Shown here: in pieces, positions 47,058-55,697 of the stretch
Layout: every line of letters starts with the position of its first letter
Numbering within the stretch: position 1 is the first letter of the stretch
Assembly (NCBI GenBank): GCA_017541105.1
Contig: JAFXZS010000003.1
Coordinates: 15,631-79,630 of the forward strand
Origin: Clostridia bacterium
GTDB lineage: Bacteria > Bacillota > Clostridia > Christensenellales > Aristaeellaceae
Direction: 5' to 3'
DNA length: 64,000 nucleotides
The notes under the pieces: generated by a model
Seen by the model: only the letters and a program-made list of their open reading frames with translations
The model's database searches: none
What the model was told of the DNA's origin: nothing
Translations under genes and position numbers: made by a program

Positions 47058-48029
47058 ATGAAGAAAATTCTTGCTCTGGTACTCGCTCTGGTCATGGTGC
47101 TGTGCTCCGCTGCCGCTCTGGCGGACGGAATCAAAGTCGGCATCATCAATCTGGATCCCGCTGAATCCGGATACCGTGAAGCCAACGTGAAGGACATGGT
47201 TGAAACCTTCACTGCCGAGAATGGCTACGATGCGTCCTTTGTGACTGCTCCCACCGCTGACAAACAGCTGGATGCGGCCCGCGGCTTCATTGCTGACGGC
47301 GTGCAGTACATCCTGGTTTCCGCTGCTGACGCTGATGGCTGGGACGAAGTCCTGCAGGAAGCGAAAGATGCCGGTATCGGCGTGTTCCTCTTCGACCGTA
47401 TGGTGAATGCCGATCCGTCCCTCTACACCGCCGCTGTCGTTTCCGACATGGCTGTTGAAGGCGAGACCGCCGTTGCCTGGCTGGAAAGCCTTGGCCTGGA
47501 AGAGTACAAGATTCTGCACATCAAGGGACAGCTGGGAAGCGCTGCGCAGCTGGGCCGTTCCGGCGCTCTGGAAGCCAAGTGCGAAGCCGAAGCCAATTGG
47601 ACCATCGTCCGTGAAGGCACCGGCGGAGACAGCTGGGATCCTGAAGAAGCCCGTAAGATCGCTCAGGCTGCAATCGACGCCGGCGAAGACTTCAACGTAA
47701 TCTATGCTGAAAACGACGGCATGGCCAATGGCGCTGTGGAAGCTCTGGATGCCAAGGGAATCACCCATGGTGTGGACGGCGACGTCATCGTTATGGGCTT
47801 TGACTGCAACAAGTGGGCTCTGCGCAAGCTGCTGGCCGGCGAATGGAACTACGACGGGCAGTGCAGCCCCTTCCAGGCCGCTGTCATCGATCAGATGATC
47901 AAGCTGCTGGAAGAAGGCGGACAGATCGAAGGACTGAATGAACTGAACCAGATCATTTCTGTAGAGAAGGGCTTTGATGCCACCACGATCACCGAGGATG
48001 ACATCACTGCTTATGGTCTTGGCGAATAA
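47058..48029 (+). CDS. monosaccharide ABC transporter substrate-binding protein
   Basis: Signal peptide MKKILALVLALVMVLCSAAALA/DG; AESGYREAN, AGIGVFLFDR, AENDGMA; GGAGG RBS; TATAAT at 47005. Confidence 0.9.
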   Translation: MKKILALVLALVMVLCSAAALADGIKVGIINLDPAESGYREANVKDMVETFTAENGYDASFVTAPTADKQLDAARGFIADGVQYILVSAADADGWDEVLQEAKDAGIGVFLFDRMVNADPSLYTAAVVSDMAVEGETAVAWLESLGLEEYKILHIKGQLGSAAQLGRSGALEAKCEAEANWTIVREGTGGDSWDPEEARKIAQAAIDAGEDFNVIYAENDGMANGAVEALDAKGITHGVDGDVIVMGFDCNKWALRKLLAGEWNYDGQCSPFQAAVIDQMIKLLEEGGQIEGLNELNQIISVEKGFDATTITEDDITAYGLGE

Positions 48030-48047
48030 TTCGGGCTTAACCATCAG

Positions 48048-48096
48048 GCGCGGTATGAACAAACGGTAATGCGCGCGTTCATACCGCGCTTTCTTT
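48048..48096 (+). terminator. stem-loop after the SBP gene (partial terminator or mRNA stabiliser)
   Basis: GCGCGGTATGAAC (48048-48060) pairs with GTTCATACCGCGC (48077-48089), followed by TTTCTTT. Confidence 0.7.
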
Positions 48097-48144
48097 GAAA
48101 ACGTCCTGATGGGACGCAAACAGGTCGGGAAGGAGCAGCCGCAC

Positions 48145-49704
48145 ATGGAGAATCGAGTGGTCCGGGCAAAGGATCTTATGAATGTCTCACAGGACCCGCA
48201 GAATAATGTTGTCCTGTCAATGCGAGGGATCAGTAAGACTTTTCCGGGGACGAAAGCGCTGAACAACGTGAACTTCACCCTTCGGAAGGGAGAAATTCAC
48301 GCGCTGATGGGTGAAAACGGAGCCGGAAAATCCACACTGATCAAAGTTCTGACCGGAGTGTATCCCAAGGACAGCGGCCAGATCTTTGTGGATGGGATTG
48401 AAGGGGAAGCGAGCATTCATTCTCCCCAGGAGGCACAGAACCTGGGTATCAGCACGGTGTATCAGGAGATCAACCTCTGCCCGAATCTGACAGTGGCGGA
48501 AAACATGTTTATCGGCCGCTCCAAAGGCGCACGTGTCCAATGGAAGTCCAATGAGAAAAGGGCAAATGAAATCCTGAGCAATCTGGGTATTCCCGCACAG
48601 GCAGATCAGGAGCTTTCACACTGTTCCCTGGCTGTCCAGCAGATGGTTGCCATTGCCCGTGCGGTGGATATGCAGTGCAAGGTGCTGATTCTGGACGAAC
48701 CGACTTCTTCCCTTGACGACAAGGAAGTTCAGATGCTGTTCGGCCTGATGCGTGATCTGCGTGACCGCGGCGTCGGCATCATTTTTGTGACCCATTTTCT
48801 GGAACAAGTATACGAAGTCAGTGACCGGATTACTGTGCTGCGCAACGGAGAGCTTGTCGGCGAGTATCTGATCAGCGATCTTCCGCAGGTTGAACTGGTT
48901 GCCAGAATGATGGGCAAAGATCTCAACGATCTGGCGGATCTCGAGGAGATCGGCCAGAAGAAGACCGCCAGTGAAGCGGTGGTTTATGAGGCTGAGAATC
49001 TTTCAAGCTCGGACAGCAGACCGTTTAATTTTATGATTCGCGAAGGTGAAATCAACGGCTTTACGGGGCTGCTCGGTTCCGGACGCAGCGAAAGTGTCCG
49101 GGCAATTTTCGGTGCCGACCGGGTGACCGGCGGTACGGTTAAAGTCAAAGGAAAGGCCGTCAGTATTACGAAACCTCACGAAGCAATGAAAGCCGGAATC
49201 GGATACTTACCGGAGGACCGGAAACGCGACGGAATCATCTCAGACTTGTCCGTACGGGAAAATATTATTCTGGCCCTCCAGGTTATGAAGGGATTCTTTC
49301 ATCCCATGAGCCGAAAGGAAACAGAGCAGTTTGCGGATGAGTATATCAAGGCGCTGAAGATTAAGACGGCATCTCAGGAGACGCCGGTGGGATCCCTTTC
49401 CGGAGGGAACCAGCAGAAGGTCATCCTGGCTCGCTGGCTCCTGACCCATCCGGACTATCTGATTCTGGATGAACCGACGCGCGGCATTGACGTTGGTACA
49501 AAGCTTGAGATTCAGAAGCTGGTGCTGAAACTTGCAGCTGAGGAGAATATGAGCATCACCTTTATTTCTTCCGAGATTGAGGAAATGCTCCGTACATGTT
49601 CCCGCCTGATCGTTATGCGCGACCGGAACATTGTCGGCGAACTGACAGGCGATGAACTGAATCAGTCCTCTGTCATGAAGACGATTGCAGGAGGAGGACA
49701 ATAA
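48145..49704 (+). CDS. sugar ABC transporter ATP-binding protein (two NBDs, CUT2 family)
   Basis: GENGAGKSTL, LILDEPT twice, LSGGNQQK. Start is 48145 or 48178. Confidence 0.95.
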   Translation: MENRVVRAKDLMNVSQDPQNNVVLSMRGISKTFPGTKALNNVNFTLRKGEIHALMGENGAGKSTLIKVLTGVYPKDSGQIFVDGIEGEASIHSPQEAQNLGISTVYQEINLCPNLTVAENMFIGRSKGARVQWKSNEKRANEILSNLGIPAQADQELSHCSLAVQQMVAIARAVDMQCKVLILDEPTSSLDDKEVQMLFGLMRDLRDRGVGIIFVTHFLEQVYEVSDRITVLRNGELVGEYLISDLPQVELVARMMGKDLNDLADLEEIGQKKTASEAVVYEAENLSSSDSRPFNFMIREGEINGFTGLLGSGRSESVRAIFGADRVTGGTVKVKGKAVSITKPHEAMKAGIGYLPEDRKRDGIISDLSVRENIILALQVMKGFFHPMSRKETEQFADEYIKALKIKTASQETPVGSLSGGNQQKVILARWLLTHPDYLILDEPTRGIDVGTKLEIQKLVLKLAAEENMSITFISSEIEEMLRTCSRLIVMRDRNIVGELTGDELNQSSVMKTIAGGGQ

Positions 49705-49706
49705 CG

Positions 49707-50801
49707 ATGAGACAGAAAACAAGCATCCGGAGAAAACAGGATTTGTCCCAATTGATTATACCGCTGGCCGCCTTGGGAATCCTGGTTCTCTTCAATCTGA
49801 TCCGCGGAATCGTGATCGGCGATCTGGGCTTCTTCAGTATTACGACCCGTGTCAATAATGACGGGAATACGGTGCTGGCCGGAAACCTGATCAGTATTAT
49901 CGATGACGCCAGTGCCCTGGCTATCATCGCAATGGGGATGACGCTGGTCACTGCAGCCTGCGGCGGCCAGGATATTTCAGTCGGCGCAGTCGGAGCCATT
50001 TCCGGTGCCGTGTTCGTCAAGGTGCTGGATGCCTTCGGACTGGACAAGATCTCGGTCGGGAGCATCCTGATCGGCTTGTTTGCGGCGATTGCAGTTACCA
50101 TTGTGTTCACGCTCTTCAATGGAACGCTGGTTTCTGTCTTTAAAATCCAGCCAATGATCGCAACACTGATTCTCTTCTCCTGCGGCCGGTCCATTGCCTA
50201 TATGATCACCGGAAGCGCCACACCGCAGCTGAATGACAAGCTGATCAACGCTATCGGCAAAACGATTCCGGGCATTCCAATCCCGACCCCTATTTTCCTG
50301 GTCGTCCTTATGGCATTGATTCTGGCGCTTATTTTCAAGGTAACAAACCTGCGGCTGTATACCCAGACGGTCGGCATTAACCAGGGCGCGGCGCGGCTCA
50401 ACGGGATTAATCCCATGGTCATCAAGCTTCTTTCATTTGTGATTCTCGGTGTCTGTGTGTCGCTTGCTTCGATGATACAGGTCTGCCGTCTCAATCAGCT
50501 GTCTCACAAGACGCTGCTGGATGCAATCGAAATGGATGCCATTCTTGCGGTGGCGATCGGCGGAAACAGCCTCGGCGGCGGGAAATTCCGTCTTTCCGGT
50601 ACGATTCTCGGCGCCTATATTATCCTGATGCTTACCAATACCCTGAATGATATGAGCGTAAAACCTGAGTCGATTAAAGCTTACAAGGCGATTGTCATTA
50701 TCATTATCGTGATTGCAGGCTCTCCCGCAGTCAAACAAAAGATTACCGCTTTCTGGAAAAGGATTCATTCCGGGTCCAGAAAAGTGATGGCGGGGAGGTA
50801 A
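49707..50801 (+). CDS. sugar ABC transporter permease (YtfT-like)
   Basis: GGQDISVG, IQPMIATL, EMDAILAVAIGG; multiple TM helices. Confidence 0.92.
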   Translation: MRQKTSIRRKQDLSQLIIPLAALGILVLFNLIRGIVIGDLGFFSITTRVNNDGNTVLAGNLISIIDDASALAIIAMGMTLVTAACGGQDISVGAVGAISGAVFVKVLDAFGLDKISVGSILIGLFAAIAVTIVFTLFNGTLVSVFKIQPMIATLILFSCGRSIAYMITGSATPQLNDKLINAIGKTIPGIPIPTPIFLVVLMALILALIFKVTNLRLYTQTVGINQGAARLNGINPMVIKLLSFVILGVCVSLASMIQVCRLNQLSHKTLLDAIEMDAILAVAIGGNSLGGGKFRLSGTILGAYIILMLTNTLNDMSVKPESIKAYKAIVIIIIVIAGSPAVKQKITAFWKRIHSGSRKVMAGR

Positions 50802-50806
50802 GGGAC

Positions 50807-51859
50807 ATGACAGTGAAAAATCCTGAAGTCAGCACCGTACGGCGGCAACCCATGTCGAACACAAAGCTTCTCATGCTTATCGCAATCGGCATCTTTGTTT
50901 TCATGTACGCTGCCGCAATGATTTTTCTTGGCAAACGCTTCCTGACCGTTCAGGAGATCTTCAACCTCCTGAACAACAATGCGTATCTGATTATCCTTGG
51001 ATGTTCCCTGACGATTGTCATGATCGGCGGCGGTATTGATATCAGCGTCGGAGGTGTGGTTTGCCTTACTGCCATGAGCGTTGCCAAGTTCCTGCAGTTC
51101 TCAGGAATTGAAGGCCCGGCCGGGGTTGCTTTATCTATCCTGCTGGCCCTTGCCATCGGCCTTTTCTTCGGCATCGAACAGGGCTTTCTTGTCAGCTATC
51201 TCGGGATACAGCCCTTTATTGTTACGCTCGCGGGAATGTTCCTGTCCAGGGGCGTGACAACGATGGTGTCCAGCGAGAATATACCGATCAAGCATGAAGC
51301 CTTCCAGGCGATGAAGAAAATCACATTGCAGATTCCCGGCGTGCTGAAGCTGGAGCTTGGAGCTGCTATCGCCTTGCTGATTTTGCTGGGCATGTACCTG
51401 CTGCTGCGCCATCATAAACTCGGCCGGAGCATCTATGCCCTGGGCGGAAACCAGCAGAGCGCTCTGATGCTGGGCATCAACGTGAAGCGTTCCCGCTTTC
51501 TGAGCTATGTCATCAGCAGTGTTCTTGCAGCGATCGCCGGATATGTCTTTATCATGCATGCTTCCTCAGGGAAGACCAGCATCGGCCTTCGCAGTGAAAT
51601 GGATGCCATCGCATCCGCCATTATCGGCGGTACGCTTCTGACCGGAGGCGTCGGAAATGTGTTCGGTACCTTCTTCGGCGTCATGATTCTCACCACGATT
51701 CAGGAAATCATGGCCGCCAGCAAGGTACAGGAGTCCTACTGGCAGGAAATTGCCAGTGGCGCCATCCTTGCACTGTTTATTCTGCTGCAGAGTGTTGTGC
51801 TTGCCCAGAGAGGGAAGAAGGTGCAGCTGCAAGGCAGGCTGAAGGCAAAAAAGGAATAA
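50807..51859 (+). CDS. sugar ABC transporter permease (YjfF-like)
   Basis: GGIDISVG, IQPFIVTLAGMF, GRSIYALGGN, EMDAIASAIIGGTLLTGG. Confidence 0.92.
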   Translation: MTVKNPEVSTVRRQPMSNTKLLMLIAIGIFVFMYAAAMIFLGKRFLTVQEIFNLLNNNAYLIILGCSLTIVMIGGGIDISVGGVVCLTAMSVAKFLQFSGIEGPAGVALSILLALAIGLFFGIEQGFLVSYLGIQPFIVTLAGMFLSRGVTTMVSSENIPIKHEAFQAMKKITLQIPGVLKLELGAAIALLILLGMYLLLRHHKLGRSIYALGGNQQSALMLGINVKRSRFLSYVISSVLAAIAGYVFIMHASSGKTSIGLRSEMDAIASAIIGGTLLTGGVGNVFGTFFGVMILTTIQEIMAASKVQESYWQEIASGAILALFILLQSVVLAQRGKKVQLQGRLKAKKE

Positions 51860-51888
51860 GTACAGCGTACGAAAGAAGAGGGATATCT

Positions 51889-52827
51889 GTGGCAACGATA
51901 AAGGGCGGAAAATGGAGAAAGCCGGGTTGCGCCATGATCCTTGCGGCGGTCCTGATGACCGGAATCTGCTGTGCGGAAGGAGAATCAATCACTGTGGAAG
52001 ATGCTATTCCGCGGGAGTATACTACTGCCGTGAAAAACGGCGGAACGGTGAAAAGGTTTTCGTATCCGTCAAAGGATTACAGCGGAGACCAGGCGGATCT
52101 TACCAAACACGGAGCAATCTATCTCCCGCCTGATTATTCCGAGGATCAGGCATACGATGTCCTGATTCTCTGCCACGGCATCGGAGGCGACGAGAATGAA
52201 TGGGGTTTCCTGAACGCCTCCTGCACGGGCAGGAACCTGACAGACCATCTGATTCTGGAAGGAAAAATCCAGCCGCTGATCATCGTCATGCCCAATGGAC
52301 GGTCCACCGCGAAATATACGGATAAAAGCATGGGGAACGCAGCCTCCTTCTATGTTTTCGGCCAGGAGCTGCGGAACGACCTGATTCCTTACATTGACGT
52401 GAATTATGCCACGTGGAGTTCAAAACATCCGGATGATCCGGCAGCCAGGGATCACCGGGCAATGGCCGGGCTGTCCATGGGCGGAATGCAAACCATCAAT
52501 ATCGGCCTGTGCGAATGCCTGGACCTTATTTCCGCGTTCGGCGCCTTTTCCGCCGCGCCGACATCCTATCCCGCATCCCAGATCGCGGAAAAGCTGAAGC
52601 ACTTTCCCGATGAATCCATTCACTATTTCTACAGCATCTGTGGGACAGAGGACGGAATCGCGTACGGGCCAGCTTCCAAAGCGGCTAAAAATCTTCCGCA
52701 ATATACAGACCGGCTGGATGAAACCAACTGGCTCTGGCAGGAAAGAGCGGGGGAACATAATTTCGCCATCTGGAACCTGGGCCTGTATAATTTCCTTCGA
52801 ATCCGGGACAGGCTGAATGCAAATTAA
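51889..52827 (+). CDS. secreted alpha/beta-hydrolase esterase, CE1-like (feruloyl/acetyl-xylan esterase type)
   Basis: Signal peptide; YLPPDY, HGIGGDENEW, IIVMPN, nucleophile elbow AGLSMGG, GTED, GEH. Confidence 0.85.
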   Translation: MATIKGGKWRKPGCAMILAAVLMTGICCAEGESITVEDAIPREYTTAVKNGGTVKRFSYPSKDYSGDQADLTKHGAIYLPPDYSEDQAYDVLILCHGIGGDENEWGFLNASCTGRNLTDHLILEGKIQPLIIVMPNGRSTAKYTDKSMGNAASFYVFGQELRNDLIPYIDVNYATWSSKHPDDPAARDHRAMAGLSMGGMQTINIGLCECLDLISAFGAFSAAPTSYPASQIAEKLKHFPDESIHYFYSICGTEDGIAYGPASKAAKNLPQYTDRLDETNWLWQERAGEHNFAIWNLGLYNFLRIRDRLNAN

Positions 52828-52828
52828 A

Positions 52829-52875
52829 AGGAGCTGCCTCTGATGATCCTCTCAGATCATTCGGAGGCAGCTCCT
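52829..52875. terminator. long hairpin between convergent esterase and GH67 genes
   Basis: AGGAGCTGCCTC...GAGGCAGCTCCT 12-bp outer stem with inner TGATC/GATCA. Confidence 0.75.
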
Positions 52876-53023
52876 GTTATATTACCAACAATATTCCGGC
52901 TGGCACTGAAGCGCTGAGCCGCAGGTACCATAAAGGAAGACTGGTGATACCAACGGGGTTCTTCCCCGAATCGGAAAAGCCCATGGACATCCGCAGGCCG
53001 GTCTCTTGGGAGAAAGCCGTCGG

Positions 53024-54856
53024 TCAGTCATAAATCACGCGGCCGTGAAGATCGTCAACACCGGAGAGCCGGCGGAAAAACGTATTGATAATATCGCACC
53101 ATTCCCGGGCATTCCGCTTCTGAAGCTCCATGCGGGAAAGAATGATTTCCCGGTCAGGATCCGGAAAGGGGAGAGCTTCCAGAATTTCGGCCATGGCTTC
53201 TGTTTCCTTCTTCCCTTCAAAATGATCATCATAGATGCGCTGAACCAGCGTCCGCCCGTCCTTCATCCGGAATGAATAGGGCAGACGGTGGTAAAAGAGC
53301 AGGAGCAGATCCGGACAGGTTTCCGGATCTTCGTATTTTTTCCGGAGAGATTCCGGATACTGAAGCAGAAAACCGGTCCCCGCTGCCGTGCGGTCAATGC
53401 CGATTGCATCACGGTTGGCCTTGTGATACGTTCCCCACAGATCGTATTCATATCCGGAAGGGTTCGGGCCGTAATGATCATGGGGAGTAATCATCCAGCC
53501 GATTCCGAGCGGAGCGGTGTATTTTTCATACGTGCGCCGGCTGGAGAGCAGCAGCGCGGTCAGCGTTCTTTCCTGATCCGGATCAAAGGCATAGGTCAGC
53601 CGGACCCACCGGGAAACCGCAGATTCGGCTTCCATGGCCGGATCCCAGGCCAGCAGGCCATAGGTGTATAAATTCACAGCGGCCAGGGGATGCCCGGTGT
53701 AATTCTCATCCCTGCCCAGATTGGATACCGCGGCCAGGGACATGATATTGTTTTCCGGGATTTCATCAAAAAGCTCACGCCACATCGGAATCATGGTGTA
53801 CAGATCGATCTGGTGGCCTGTATATTCCTGTGCAAGCTGCAGCTCCATGGCCAGGTTTGTCTGCTTCATGCCCAAAAGAAGAGGGGATACCGGTTCGCGA
53901 ACCTGGAAATCAAAGGGGCCGTGCTTGACCTGAAGAATGACATTCTCCGCGAACTTTCCGTCCAGGAAAGCATAGTGTTCCCACGCGGCTTTCGGCCGAT
54001 CCGTTTTCGTATCGCGCCAGTCCTGGCGGCAGTTGTATACGAAACAGCGCCAGACGATGACTCCGCCGAAAGGGCGCACCGCTTCCGCCAGCATATTGGC
54101 GCCGTCCGCATGATTTCTGCCGTAAGTAAAAGGACCGGGACGGCCTTCGCTGTCCGCTTTGACCAGAAAACCCGCCAGATCCGGAATCGCCTGATAAACC
54201 CGCTCCGCTGCCGCTTTCCACCAGGCCCGGACCGCCGGATCCAGCGGATCCGCGGAGGATACACCGTGGCGCATGGGCTGTGAGAAATCCACCGAGAACA
54301 TCAGGCGGACACCGAAGGGGCGGAACAGGTCCGCCAGCGCAGCAGCTTCCGGCAGCATATTTTCCAGCAGCTGCTGGGCAGGATCATGGACATTCACATT
54401 GTTAATACACAGTACATTCAACCCCACAGACGCCAGGAGGCGGCCCAGTTCCCGCATCCGGAAGGGATCATAGCTGAGGCGCCCTCCTTCAAAGAAGAGA
54501 CTGCGGCCTGAGTATCCCCGCTCCACGGAACCGTCCGCATTGTCCCAGCAGTTTATCATCCGCAGCGGATAGCGGGGAGCGGATTCCAGCACATCGGGGA
54601 TTCCTTCCCCGGAAAGCATCCGCAGAATCAGCGCGTACGCGCCGTACAGCAGCCCGGTGGGACCTCCTGAGATGATCACGCTGCTGTCACTCCGGCGACG
54701 GATGCAGTATCCTTCTCCCAGAGCGGGGACAGGATCCAGGGTATACGCCGTGCCGGGAAGCGCGTGATCAAGCTCGAAACGGGCGAGTTCCGCAGGAGAA
54801 GCAGGAGGATTCTTCAGGTCGGCGGACAGCCGGGAAAGCCATGCTTTCATATGCAT
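53024..54856 (-). CDS. aguA: alpha-glucuronidase, glycoside hydrolase family 67 (no signal peptide)
   Basis: WDNADGSVERGYSG, INNVN, KADSEGRPGP, WRCFVY, GPFDFQVREP, QEYTGHQ. Confidence 0.93.
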   Translation of the reverse strand: MHMKAWLSRLSADLKNPPASPAELARFELDHALPGTAYTLDPVPALGEGYCIRRRSDSSVIISGGPTGLLYGAYALILRMLSGEGIPDVLESAPRYPLRMINCWDNADGSVERGYSGRSLFFEGGRLSYDPFRMRELGRLLASVGLNVLCINNVNVHDPAQQLLENMLPEAAALADLFRPFGVRLMFSVDFSQPMRHGVSSADPLDPAVRAWWKAAAERVYQAIPDLAGFLVKADSEGRPGPFTYGRNHADGANMLAEAVRPFGGVIVWRCFVYNCRQDWRDTKTDRPKAAWEHYAFLDGKFAENVILQVKHGPFDFQVREPVSPLLLGMKQTNLAMELQLAQEYTGHQIDLYTMIPMWRELFDEIPENNIMSLAAVSNLGRDENYTGHPLAAVNLYTYGLLAWDPAMEAESAVSRWVRLTYAFDPDQERTLTALLLSSRRTYEKYTAPLGIGWMITPHDHYGPNPSGYEYDLWGTYHKANRDAIGIDRTAAGTGFLLQYPESLRKKYEDPETCPDLLLLFYHRLPYSFRMKDGRTLVQRIYDDHFEGKKETEAMAEILEALPFPDPDREIILSRMELQKRNAREWCDIINTFFRRLSGVDDLHGRVIYD

Positions 54857-54941
54857 ACGTCTCCTTTACAATCGATGGGAAACCGGATATGATTTTAGCA
54901 CAGGGGACCGGGAAAGACAATCCGAAAGGGGAGCCAAGAAA

Positions 54942-55223
54942 ATGCGGGAAGTGCCACATTATCCTGAGAACCGGCTGGATATACGGATTGATGAGCAGGG
55001 AAATGTTTCTTATGCGCAAAACCCCATGTTCGCGAAGTACTACGCGCCAAGCCGGGAGGAAAAAGAGGAAGAGCTGGAGGAACTCCGGGACAGGCTGGAA
55101 CTTCTGGAAATAGATGAACCGCCTGAAGATTTCAGCGACGAGCATGACGACTGGGAAGAGGAAAGAAGAGATCTCGAGGATCAGATTGAAGCACTGGAAG
55201 AGGAAATCGCGGATATGGAATAA
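54942..55223 (+). CDS. small highly acidic hypothetical protein
   Basis: 93 aa with 35 Asp/Glu, helical hairpin-like C-terminus; GGGGAG RBS; divergent from GH67. Confidence 0.7.
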   Translation: MREVPHYPENRLDIRIDEQGNVSYAQNPMFAKYYAPSREEKEEELEELRDRLELLEIDEPPEDFSDEHDDWEEERRDLEDQIEALEEEIADME

Positions 55224-55300
55224 TACAATGGGTGGATCCGCGCGGAAACCGTGTATTTTATTCATACAAACATACTTCAGATAAAATTGTAAATAATTTA

Positions 55301-55339
55301 ACAATATACCTTGACAGATGAGGTATGTTGTGCTTTAAT
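55301..55339 (+). promoter_or_regulatory. sigma-A promoter overlapped by an inverted repeat (probable PadR operator)
   Basis: TTGACA (55311-55316), 17 nt, (TGc)TTTAAT (55334-55339); ACAATATACCT-N9-AGGTATGTTGT (55301-55331). Confidence 0.75.
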
Positions 55340-55358
55340 ATGCCCCGGAGGTGATTTC

Positions 55359-55697
55359 ATGATGATTTCTGCGGATCTGCTTCGCGGATATACAGACGCG
55401 GTGATTCTGCGGCAGCTGACCGGCGAGGATGGTTACGGATACCAGATCAGCAAACAGGTGGCCAATATCAGCGGCGGAAGGCTGGAACTGAAAGAAGCGA
55501 CACTGTATACCGCATTTCGAAGGCTGGAAGGCGCGGGGCTGATTCGGTCCTACTGGGGCAACGAGATGATCGGCGCCCGACGCCGCTATTACAGCCTGAC
55601 TGATGCAGGGAGAAGAAAACTGTCTGAGGAGATTGAAGCCTGGCATGAAACCCGTGAGGTTCTTGACCGGCTGCTGGAGGAGGAGAAGAAACAATGA
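55359..55697 (+). CDS. PadR-family transcriptional regulator
   Basis: LLRGYTDAVIL, YGYQI, EATLYTAFRRLE, RRRYYSLTDAGR. Confidence 0.93.
   Translation: MMISADLLRGYTDAVILRQLTGEDGYGYQISKQVANISGGRLELKEATLYTAFRRLEGAGLIRSYWGNEMIGARRRYYSLTDAGRRKLSEEIEAWHETREVLDRLLEEEKKQ

Noticed and set aside
43200-52800. Apparently lower GC in the sugar ABC region, suggesting horizontal acquisition
   Set aside because: Impression only, not computed; no integrase, transposase, att sites or flanking direct repeats, and membrane-protein composition could account for it.
52829-52875. CTGATGA inside a long hairpin, suggestive of a hammerhead ribozyme core
   Set aside because: No correctly placed GAAA or three-stem junction; the simple hairpin fits a terminator.
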